From: Dicyema japonicum
Taxonomy: Eukaryota; Animalia; Dicyemida
Direction: 5' to 3'
Assembly (NCBI GenBank): GCA_011109175.1
Contig: RDEW01000025.1
Span: 651,990-715,989 of the forward strand
Length of the DNA stretch: 64,000 nt
Below the pieces are notes generated by a model. That model was not told the DNA's origin. It did not search any database and saw only the letters and a list, made by a program, of their open reading frames with translations. Shown piece by piece: positions 38,801 through 50,049 of the stretch. The number at the start of each line of letters is the position of its first letter. Within the stretch, counting starts at the first letter, position 1. A program made the position numbers and the translations under genes.

Positions 38801-40329
38801 ATTCGCAAAGGACTTGGTTTGCATAACTTCAAATTATATTTGAGCATACCATGGGGTCAGTTAACTATTTTTGTATGACCTCAATGGCTGCTTGGTAATC
38901 GTAGAAGTAATTAGCGATGCGGATACCATTAAAATTTAGCTGGGGAATCGTTAGAGAGAAGCCATAACAAAGGTCTTGGTTACACATCACCAGACAGGAG
39001 CAACAATGAGAAAATGGAAATATTCCAAAACTACCCAGGAAAGAAGGAAGCTTTGTGTCCAATTAATACTGACTGCAACCACAACAAGTGAATCACATAA
39101 TGCCATAATAATTAGAAAACCTCTAAAAGTAAATAAAGTTCAAACTGAAGTTGGGGAGGTCATATTCTACGTGGACGAAATCCTGGATAGTTCTACAGAT
39201 ACTTTGAACACATTATAGGAACACTCATTAAATTCTTAGTTAAATATGCACTTTATCAGTATAACTACGAAAACTGAATTCATTCGTAATAACTTCTCAA
39301 CATTCAAAAATTTTGAATTCCTAGTTGTAGTACCAATAAAGGTTTTGAAGCTTTATTCACCAACCATTACAGTACACACGTTGCATGCAAGTTTCCGATT
39401 TAATGCATAATCTGATACATTTTGCTAAGTTCATAACTTCCAAAGATAAACCTTATCATCTTGCTCCTCGAAAAAATATGAGTGACAATAAGGATTTCTC
39501 TTGGAATGAGGTTCGAGAAAGTTCTGAATGGTCAAGAAGAAACCCTCTTAAAACCAGGTCAGAGATTATCAAAAATTTAAATTTATTGAACTAAAAAAGA
39601 CTGTCATAGCAAGAGTGAAGAAAAATTAGGTGATCCCGGCCTCCCTCAGCAGTCTTCGCATACTCAGACTTGAAGGGAGTGCCGTCCTGGGGGAACTTCT
39701 AAGAATGGTTGTTGACTAATGGTTCTTTTTGGATATAATTTATGATTATATCTGGCGCCACCAGAGAAGGTGAACCACATGTTGCACGATAACAACTCAA
39801 GCTTCCTGCAAAAAAGAAAGAGGAGGAGCAGAAGAATCAAACAAATAATCTTCAATTCATGTAGCCACATAGCACCACGTGGCATAGTTGCCCAGATTAA
39901 AGGTTTAAAAAGCACATCTTCTCGATTTGGGGAAGTTTGAAAATGTAGGTGGGAGTTTTACTATTGGACTCGTAGTTAATATACATGTACCATTTCTCAT
40001 GGTTTTCTGGTTAAATCATATTTCAATCGTAACCGTTTTGTGTAAATATTACGTAATTGCAACCCATAATTATTACCGCAGGATCACCGGTTAAAAACAA
40101 AGTTCATAACTAAATGACCCCAGACCGACATAGGGGAGGTCTTATCCGACGTGGACAGGTATCCTGGATGGCTCTCCAAAAAGTATTGTAAGCCATATAT
40201 CCTATGTTACAAGACATTCCTCCGGAGAATTCAATGTCCATTACGCAAAAGGCTGTGGACATTCATATTGATGACAGCAACTCCAAGGCACAGTTGTTTC
40301 TTTGATTTCGGCAATGGCTCTTTTACTTG

Positions 40330-40899
40330 TCCCAACCACAACGAAATCCATCTCCAAGGTTTTCTAGGTCAATATGATCATTCAAGCTGTTACCAGCTCG
40401 GTTCGCAATTACTGACAGAACTTGAGGTTTCAACAAAATATATTCTTAAATACGACATCAGATAATCTTTAGAATTAAAAATAATCCTTAAAAATTAGCA
40501 CTAATAGTTTCAGTGAGCTTGATATTGTCATTAAAAAAAAGTTAAGTCAAAAGCCAGGGTTATACGTCTGTCCAATCAAATCATAATAAACAGAGAAACT
40601 AAGTTATAAGAGACAACAACTTTGAGACCGAGTGAATCTTCTTTAACATGTAATCTTTAAAAGTGGGCTTAGAGTTTTTGGGTTTAATCGACCTTAGGAT
40701 TACAATAATGTAAACGAAGCAAAATTCATCCGTCTTTTCATGGCCAGGAAGCGAAATTCTGAAGGACCCTTTTCACTCTCGTCCCCACATTTTGTGTTTG
40801 GATGAAAAGTCACATTTTTGACCTCTCCTTTGGTTTCGGAAATTTTTTTCTCAATAATGATTTGAAATATACCAAAATGGATATTGGCATTACGTTCAT
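40330..40899 (-). CDS. Hypothetical orphan gene predicted from the micro-intron signature
   Basis: ATG below an AT island; three GT-AG introns (23, 23, 22 nt) restore one frame: MNVMPISIL|KKISETKGEVKNVTFHPN..FAS|SIKPKNSKP..; 3' end unclear. Confidence 0.45.
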
Positions 40900-41014
40900 A
40901 GTACAATCAATAATCGAATATCCTAAGATTTATTATTATTTTAGTTGTAAATTTTATTATTTTAATTTATTTTTAATAAACAATTTAATATATAAATATA
41001 TCATCGATAATGCC

Positions 41015-41125
41015 TATTCCCTGAAGAACACCGGGAAAAGATGAGGTCGCTGTTGTAATGCATCAAGATCAAGTGATAATTAGTTTGGTTTACCGTGGTC
41101 TTTTGTTGTTAAATAAATAAATAAA
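41015..41125 (+). mobile_element. LINE 3' stub (second tail type)
   Basis: PEEHREKMRSLL.CIKIK* + TAATTAGTTTGGTTTACCGTGGTCTTT + (AAAT)n. Confidence 0.6.
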
Positions 41126-42029
41126 GCCTATCCCTTATCAAGTCCCACCCATAAATCTAAATGATAAATTATGGAAACAATGTTTGAACACCATTTGGAG
41201 GTCCAACCATAACCTCAGATCAGGGAGTGGTTACCGTTGTCCCTTGTGTCGCATATAGTGGTGGGTTAGATTCCATCTCCACTACCAACGTGGTCGAAGG
41301 GTTTCCTATCTGTCCTTTGCCTTCTTCAACTCCTAGAGACGTCATTGGATTCAACTTACTCCGTGTCTGGCCGGCATTTAAAAAGCCATCTTTTTCCTAG
41401 ACCAGTGGAGAAGTCCCCATAATGGGGGATACTTAAAAAGGATATAATGCTCAGTAAAAATGCGTCCAACTAGATCATAGAAACCCGAATAAAGTTTATT
41501 TCTTTTCAGGAATTATTAAAATCAAAATCTAATTATTATTAAACAAAAGAAACGCATTAAACCCCAACCGGAAATTCATCATTATTCCAAAGTGTTTTAG
41601 AAAGAGTCGTGGTCCAATAATAAGATTACTCCAAAATCCTTAATAAAATGTTCCTATGTTCTTATCTGAGAGAATTTTTTGATTTGTTACTTCTGATGAA
41701 TGAAATTGATTACCACAAATGACAGGGTTTCTCATAAATAAATGGAAAATTCCAATAAATAAATGGAAAATTCCCAGATATTTCTTCCGTCGTATTCTCA
41801 GGAATTAAATCCAATTGATAGTATATTATCAGTGCTTAAATCCAAAGTTGTCAAAGGCCAATAGCAAATACAAGAAATATGTTAAGTATATTCACCGTGC
41901 AATTGCAGACTCTAATTCAGTTGAAAATGTTTAATCAATTTTATCGATAAATATGCGAATATTAATATTGCATTAAATGAGTAATGTGTTCATAATTAAA
42001 ATGTGTTCAAAAAATAATGCTTTATTATT

Positions 42030-43520
42030 ATTATTATTATTAAAACCAAAATTCACCGACAAATTAAATAACTACATAGCTGTCAGGTGAGTCCGGCCAC
42101 CTCGAATAGCCATCTCATTCTTGCTCGGTGTTCCTCCCGGGTTCCAACGCATTTCCGGATTGGGCGGGGGTTTCTAACTTTTTGGGGGTAGCAAGGCTCC
42201 GGTTTTACCCACTAATTCTTCAAATGGTGTAGGGTTTAGAGGTGTTTGGGAAAGCCTTTGCAGAGTCTTACTGCGCATTTTTTGGAATGCATTGATTTTT
42301 TCATATTCCGTTTGATAGTTGGTTCCCCATGCCCCTAAGTTAGAGACGGTTGAATACACTGCACGTAGAGCGAGTCCAAATTTGATTTGAAACACCCTTA
42401 TATTGTCCAAGGAGTGTTTTAACAAAATCTAGCTTTCGTTGACGTTGTCGATGTGTTTGCTGAAGGTCAAAGTGGGTCGTATGTTACGCCCAGTATCTTG
42501 ACCGAGTTGGTCGTAGGAATGAGTTTGTCAATCTTCTGTTTGTTGTGAAAATTGTTGTATAAGACTTTTTGGACTTGTATGTAGAATGTTCTTAACGAGC
42601 CAACAGTTCAGATCGTCCAATGCTGCTTATAGCCGGTATACTGCAGTATGACGCACTGGTTTTTGACTGCAACGATTATATCATGCATATGTCAGAACCA
42701 GAGTATCGTCACTGGTGAGGGAGGGCATTCATTAGAATAGGTTGAACAGGCGTGGTGAAGTGGAGATCCTTGAGGGACCCTATTTGGAAAGAACTTGGTC
42801 ACGGACCTAGTTTTTCCAGCAGTCACTCTTCCTCTTCTTCCATTTAGGAAATTAGCAATCCAGATTTTCAGGTTGTTTGGAATTTTTGACGTAAAAATCT
42901 TCCTTATCAACAGCTTTTTTGGGACAGTGTCGAAAGCTTTTTCTACATCGATGGAGCATATCAATTGACTTCTGATGAGGTTTGTGTTTATGGCTATCCT
43001 TGATGAAATTTGTAAGGCATGTAAGATGCGTTTTTGTGGAGTGCCCTATTCTGAAACCGTGTTGAAAAAGTGCGTCAGGAAGGTATGGTTTGATTAGTTC
43101 AAGAATCAGCTTTTCCAGAATTTTTGATGTAACACATAGGAGAGATATTGGTCTGTATGAGGCTGGTGATTCCTTTGGTCGCCCGGGTTTCAGAATAGGT
43201 CGTATGTTTGATAGCTTCCATATGAAAGGAATACAATTTTCGTTGATTGAGAAGTTGAAGATTTTGTGAGGACCATGATAGCTAGGGGCTATGTTTTTCA
43301 GAACTATTGCAGGGATTCCGTCCGGATTGCAGGAATAAGTCGACTTTTGACTCAACCGTTTTCTGCACGTTCTCTACAGAGAGCCAATCGGGGAGGTAGC
43401 TCTTTTAGGTTTGATGGCTAGGATGGATGGACCTTCGAATTTTTTGTGGGATGAAACTCGTGGAGGAATAGTACTTCATAAGTTTGTTTAGGAAGATCTT
43501 GTTTTCCATTTCTTCTCGTG
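42030..43520 (-). mobile_element. Jockey/I-like LINE, RT to 3' end, with (AAT)n tail
   Basis: NPDGIPAIVLK, WKLSNIRPILKPG..SYRPISLLCVTSKILEKL, DVEKAFDTV, VPQGSPL; C-terminus VGTREEHRARMRWLFEVAGLT*; tail GTCGGTGAATTTTGGTTTT(AAT)n. Confidence 0.9.
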
Positions 43521-43679
43521 CGGCCGGGTTGTCAGCGTTAATAAAGCTTCTAAGTGTTTTCCACATTTTTTGTAAGGGAGTTTTGCTTGTTTAGATAGGA
43601 CATGAGGTTTTTCCAAACTTTCTCTTGTTTCTTCTTTTCATTTTCTTTTTCTAATGTACGAATTCTCAATCTTGTTTCC

Positions 43680-43900
43680 CAGGATTGTTTTTGGAGGCTT
43701 GATGATCTCTTTCTAATGAAGGTGTCCGTGCATTTAACGTCTATGAAAAGAGGCTTTCCAGCAACAAACAAAACGATGGCATTCCATCCGAACGTTTTTC
43801 ATTTCTTCTACACATTCAGACTGGTTCAAATACCAAAGGAAACTATCCACCTACAAAGCCCGTTGATCTTTTGTTCTTAAGGGCTCGGCAGGAACTTCTG
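43680..43900 (-). mobile_element. CRE-like RLE remnant
   Basis: EP..MCRRNEKRSDGM..FVAGKPLFIDVKCTDTF. Confidence 0.6.
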
Positions 43901-44249
43901 CAAGTGAGTGGATGTAATCTACTCACCTCATCGGCACTGGTGTGACGCAAAAACCTTCAGTCAGAGTAGCAGTTGGACTTATACTCGAATCGTTGTCAAG
44001 TAAAGTCCCCAATACACCGGTTGATATGAAGTTGATCCAGACCCAACTTTCATGAGATTCTCCAAACAACAAACAACCACGGTAGTGTTAGAACCATGAC
44101 CTTTACTGAATATAGTTATGGGCTTTGATAAAGAATTAATTTTTTTAATTATTGGAGTAAAGAACAGTTGATGACTAATCGTAGAAAGGGAGAATCAAGG
44201 AATTACTTTTTTTTCTTTTTGTTGCGTGTGAGCTTTTGTAGACGAAGTT

Positions 44250-44390
44250 CCAAAGTGAAGTATTCACCGATGACGGAGTTACTCGTCATACCCAAAGCAT
44301 CTTAGATGTGTGGAGTCTTTAGCCAAAATATACAACAGCGAGATTTGAACCCGTGACAATCAGGATTTGTCCATCAGCGCTATCTTACTT
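44250..44390 (-). mobile_element. tRNA-derived SINE family A, copy 2
   Basis: GGGTTCAAATCTCG B box (tRNA-Gln-like) plus body shared with 20540-20680. Confidence 0.6.
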
Positions 44391-44502
44391 TTATTTCGGT
44401 TCTGATAAAAATGCAGATAAGGGGAAACTTAAGATAATCTTTTAAATTATTATAATTAAATTAATTAATTAAAAATATTAATTAAAAATATATTATCGTG
44501 CA

Positions 44503-45555
44503 ATGACGTTGACTTGCAGAACATGTATGGTTGAGTTCGACACTGCAGAACTCCAAAGAAGCCATTATAAGTCAGAGTGGCACAAATATAATTTGTCTGC
44601 TAAATCTAATGGATATCCACCTGTCACTCTCCAAGACTTTGACATCAAAGTATTGGTTTTTCCCATTTCTTAGAAAGAGTCATTGACTGTCGAGAAACCT
44701 CAGCTTGAAGTTCCTCAAATCACCGAAGAAATTGAACAAGGTATTTCCTAGTTGCAATCTAGTTATCATGAATTACGACAATTATAAGTGGAATTCAAAT
44801 CACTGTTTTTTTTGCAACTCTACGTCCCCTACTCTCGACCTCAACCTTAAACACATGCAAGATGCTCATGGCTTCATTGTCCCTGACATAGAATACGTTT
44901 GTGATATGGAAGGACTCATTTCTCTAATAGGTTTGATTTTTTCCGAGTTGCTTAAATTATGAGCGCGTATTTTAATTCAAACCTATTTTTTCAGGTGAGA
45001 CCATTGATTTTGACAATTGCTGCATTTGGTGTGGCCGTGTTTTTGGTTCTACAATCTCGGTGAGGAACCATATGGAGTCCACACAGCACTGTAAAATGAG
45101 ATTCGATGATTACACTGTCGAATTTTATGTAGATTTCTACGATTATTCGTAATTTTAATATAAATGAACTGTTTTGCAGGAAAAGTTACCCAGATTACGA
45201 GACCCACGTGGGGGATGAGATTGGTGACGTTGAATCACTCCGAATAAATGAGTATCTCCAGCTCATTTTACCAAATGGTTGGGTTTTGTGAACATTTGTA
45301 GGGAAAACGCTAAACCATCGACTTTTGCGACGAATGTTTAGAGTAAGGAACAGGGAAGTCGTGGAAAGTTGGCAAAACAGCAAAGGCAATGATATGCTCT
45401 GCACTAGTTGTGTTGCCTTGTTACTTTTAGAGAGGGAGATTCGAAAGGCAGTGAGTCGAGCTAATATGGATAAACAGAGGTATTACCAAAAGATTGGAAT
45501 TTTGGGAAATAAGTCAAAAAGAATGTTCTATCGCGATAAGAATTTAATTGTTTAA
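44503..45555 (+). CDS. ZNF622: ZNF622/Rei1/Reh1 60S maturation factor (compact)
   Basis: MTLTCRTCMVEF..QRSHYKSEWHKYNL; CFFC..NLKHMQDAHGFIVPD; CIWCGRVF..HMESTQHC; FYDYS; LILPNG..GKTLNHR. Confidence 0.93.
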
Positions 45556-45599
45556 TTTATTATTTTTTATTTGTCTTCAAGTCCGTTTTAACTTAAGGG

Positions 45600-46790
45600 A
45601 TTTTATGACCAAATCCCCTTCCTTCCTACTTGTCATCAAATCGTATAAAAAAGATGAGTGATTAATGCATTTTGATGAAAATCGTGAGGGGACTACTTAC
45701 TAATTAACCTTATTCTTAGTGGAGGATGTTAGTGCAATAGTCGTTAATTAGAGGTAGTGGCTTACCTCTATCTCTTTTTTCAAATATCGATTTAATATAT
45801 GGACGAAATGGTAGGCTCATAAAGCATACAAGTCTTCATTCCTGCAAATGTTCACAAGGAATACAATTATTTTTGGAAATAAAAAAGTGTTGTATACACA
45901 AGGGCTCTTTGTCAGATCTCATTTGTTTGGTCCTTATTGTCTAATGATATTGCTTAGCAACAGTTGGGTAAACATGTGTTAATATGGTATGTTGTACCTT
46001 TTAGTGATGATGCAGTGAATCCACTATAAGTGATTTGATACATCAAAGGAGATTGATGAATTTTTGACAAAGTATGGGAAAGAGTAGACCAATATGATTA
46101 TTAATTCGAGTTTATTTATAGTCTCATTAATTCATAAATATCGACACAAATTTACAGAATAAACTAAATCATTAAAAACAAGGAAAATATTAATTGATTG
46201 TCACAAAGCTTATAAATCTTTAAGGATAAGCGTCCTCGAATGAACATTCACATTAATCGGTTAATTTGGGGGATAAATGGCAACTTTCTGGCTTCCAGTT
46301 CGTCTAGCAGATAGTCAATGAATTTTTAGAGTGACTGAAAACAACGTATTTGGAAATTAAGGACGAGAATTTCTTGGAAATTAGTTCCCTTAATTGTCAT
46401 AAGCTTTGTTAAGTGTTAGTCGTTATATGACGATGTATGCTAGAAGTGAATTATAAAGGAATTCTACTTACCAAGCATATTTTCCATAAATTCTGGATAA
46501 TTTCGATGAGAAATGTGGGCAGTTTATTGATCTTAACTGATGATTTATGAACAACAATGACTGGATTCTCATATAAAACTTCAAATTTATATAGGATCCA
46601 CATTAAATACGAATAATTTATAAAATCATAATTCAATATCACCGACATCCATTTGGATTGGTGGAATCACATTCTTGTTGACTCTTATGAAATAGGAGCT
46701 TTAAGTTAAATTAGAATCTAGTTTATAAATAGAAACCAACTTTTTTTATTAGTCCATGCTGATTTTTCTTCTTAGGACATAACTCTAGTA
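45600..46790 (-). CDS. Possible degraded or mis-assembled orphan gene
   Basis: 23-nt GT-AG intron at 46718-46740, GTAAGT..TAG intron near 46440-46470, short open pieces (KFIDYLLDELEARKLPFIPQINRL); frame not reconstructable. Confidence 0.25.
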
Positions 46791-46989
46791 TTAACCCCAA
46801 TATGTATTAAAATTGATGAGTAGGGAGGGCGATTTTTGTCAATAAAGTCAAAAATTCATGTGTTCATTAAAATTGTTTAAAACTTATAAAAATGTTATTT
46901 TTAATCAAAAGTTATAAATTCAAAAAAGTCAAAATTTTAGGCAATGTCAAAAAAGTCAAAATTTATTTTTTAGGTCAATAAATCAAACG

Positions 46990-49850
46990 TGTGGTGTGGT
47001 GTGATCAACGAAAATCTCAGATGGAAAATAAAGAACGAAAAAAAGACGAACTATGTGGAAAATCGAATATCAGGAAATTTGGAATTAACTGCACGCCATG
47101 TGAATCATTCGTTTATTTGGGCTGCATAAAAATGAGTAAAGCTTGCGCCAAAACGCTGTTGAGTTGGCTGTGCCCCTCTTGTATTGGAAAGGAGGTCGCC
47201 AGGCGGGAAAAAATAGCTCATCAAACTTTACACTGCCACATACTGACCACACTTTCTTGAAGATCTCGAACCTCAGAAAGCCATGAAATCCTAGTAAAAA
47301 TCCATAAAGGAGTACGAATTGCCGCATCATTGTGTCTTTCAGATTCCATTGATCACGCTCTGTCATCTGACAGTTGGGAATCCTGGCTAAAACTTATATG
47401 CTTTGCACGTGTCGCACTCGGAATATCTACAATGGAATCTGAGGACAATAATAAAAAACAAACTCCCGGCTCCACTTATCCGGAAAACAGAAACGAAACA
47501 TAATGAATTTTAGCAGTCATAACATACACGCAATACTTGAACAGCCACTTAATGTCAATGAGGTCGAAATCAGAGGATCATACACCAAAGACGTCTCAAA
47601 CAAATTAAAGAAGAGAGTAAACCGGAAAACTTCTGGAGGCGACGTCGGGCAGCCTTACGGTTATCACGTCCGATGACACAGTATTGTATTGTACCTCCGA
47701 GGTTCTGAATACCTTAACACTGAAGCACCCAGATGGACCGACTGACTATGAAAAGTTTTTGAATCTTGAAGGAACCCCGGATATAATCACTACCGAATCC
47801 GAAGTGCGCCACGGAATAGCTTCCTTCGCCGTTAGCAGCGGCGGAGGCTTGGAGGGGCTACGTCCTGGTCATATTAATGACCTTACGTCCACGTACACCT
47901 CGGAAGCTGGACGCTGTCTTGTCAAATCAATTACGGACCTAATCAGAAAAATGGTTAACGGCGACATCCCAAAATATGCCAGAGAATTGCTCTTCTCAGC
48001 AAGGCTACTTGCCTTCAAAAAACCCAATGGAGGAATCCGTCCCATTGCGGTCGGGAACTATTTCAGAAGACTTGCAGCAAAGGTAGCATCGACCCTGGTG
48101 AGTCGACAACTTGGAGAGGAGTTCTTTCCTAAACAAATGGGTGTTAGCATCCAGAACGGATGTGAGGTTACGGTTCATGCAGCAAGGCATTTCTTCACAC
48201 AAAGAAATATTTCAAATGAATTCATTGGAATCATGTTGGACATAACGAATGCCTTTAATTCTCTCAGAAGAGATAAAATTATGGAAACGTGTCGGAAGAG
48301 GGCTCCAAAGCTTTTCCTTCTTGTCAAATTACCCTATGGGGAAGATACGTCTCTGGTTTTTGAAAATGAAATTATTAAATCAAAAACGGGGTCCAACAAG
48401 GAGATCTGCTCGGACCTCTATTATTTGCCTTGACCATTGATGAGGTTGTGAGTCAATTGATGCTCAGCTAAATCTCTGGTACCTCGATGATGCCACAATT
48501 GGAGGATCGTTCAAAGAAACATACAATTCATTACGTAAAGCGTTACTCGCTTTAAAAACTTGGGCTTGGACATCAATGATAACAAATCAGAGCTAATAAA
48601 TTCTCATATCCAAACACCAATTTTCTCCCTATCAGGGAGTCTTTTAACGAACTGCTTCTTGGGATCCCGACTGTGCCAGTTGATAAATTATATTTCCTCG
48701 GATCCCCACTCAACGAAGACCTCAAAAACAATCTACTTTCCAAAAATGAAGAATTAACACTCCTCGCGAAAAGATTGTCATGTCCCGACTCTCACACATC
48801 TTCTTCCTGATGAGAAACAACATCGGACTACCCAAGTTTTTATATCTACTCCGATTTTCACTACTACGAACAATACGACAGTCTACTTTCGATAGACAAA
48901 TCTCTCAAACAAACTGTTGAGTCCGTTTCGACGAACATGGTTGGAAGCAATGTAAGCTTCACTCTGGATTTTGGGGCGTACGTCTAAGATCGGCGCTGGA
49001 TGTTGCGTACCCGGCATATCTATCGTCTCTCTCAAGCTGCAGCCATTTGACAAGGCAAGTCCTTCATCACACTATTGGACTTGCTGGAATAAGTCATTTG
49101 ACGAAGCAACGTATTTGGGATAACATTGTCTGTTCCAAAATTTTGGAAAGACCTTAAAAAAGAAGCAAATCAACATCGTCTGGCTTGTTTGTTGTCAGCA
49201 TCAAGTGGAGGGAGTGGAGCATGGCTTAGTGCAATACCTTGCCCATACCTAGGGACTCTTTGAGGATTGGGATCGGACAAAGGCAAGAACTAGACGTTTG
49301 CTAGGAGCACCGATGCCGATGCGGGAAAATAGTCGATGCGAAGGGATTGATCCGCTGTCATGCAGAAGAAGCTACAAAAGAGGACCACGTCACGCTGCTC
49401 TGAACGATGTGATCGTCAGAGCTCTGAAGGCTACAAGCTTCCCATCACAGCTTGAACCAATGGAAAGACACCTGACGGGATGACTCTTTTCCCTTACAAT
49501 CCGGAAGATCTTTGGTCTGGGACGCAACTTGTATTGACACATATTCAAGCACGAACCTTCTCAAATCGGTTCAGACACCAGGAGCAGCTGCTTCAACCGC
49601 AGAAAACCTAAAAATCAAGAAATATTCTTGCCTCGGGACCGGTACCGATTTACTCCTGTTGCGGTCGAGTCATTAGGAGTCGTTGGTCAATGACAGGCTG
49701 AGTTCTTGCATGAGCTAAAAGGAATGCTTGCCATAAAGAAAAGGGATCAACGAGAAGGGTTCTGGCTGAGACAAAAGATTGGAATGGCCATACTCCGAGG
49801 GAACTCGTTCGCGATCCACGCAGCCGGCTTCCTCAACTAACATTTGTTTC
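46990..49850 (+). mobile_element. Near full-length, frameshifted CRE-like retrotransposon (PHD-like finger, RT, RLE)
   Basis: CTPCESFVYLGC..WLCPSC; IHKGVRIAA; KKPNGGIRPIAVGNYFRRLAAK, LDITNAFNSL, YLDDA; RHAALNDVIVRAL..DGMTLFP..WDATCIDT; QKIGMAILRGNS end. Confidence 0.9.
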
Positions 49851-50049
49851 TTTGTTAAATAATTGTCTTTAAAAAAAAGGTTAATAAAATCAAAATTTTA
49901 ATTGATTTTGATTTTTCTATTTTTCGTGTTTTTGAATAAAATACTCAGGTGTCATCACTATTGCTACTAAAAATTCAAAAATGGCATTTAAAAGCGAATA
50001 ATATAACTTTTTTATTAGAAACCTAATTAACATCTAATTAAGAGTAAAC

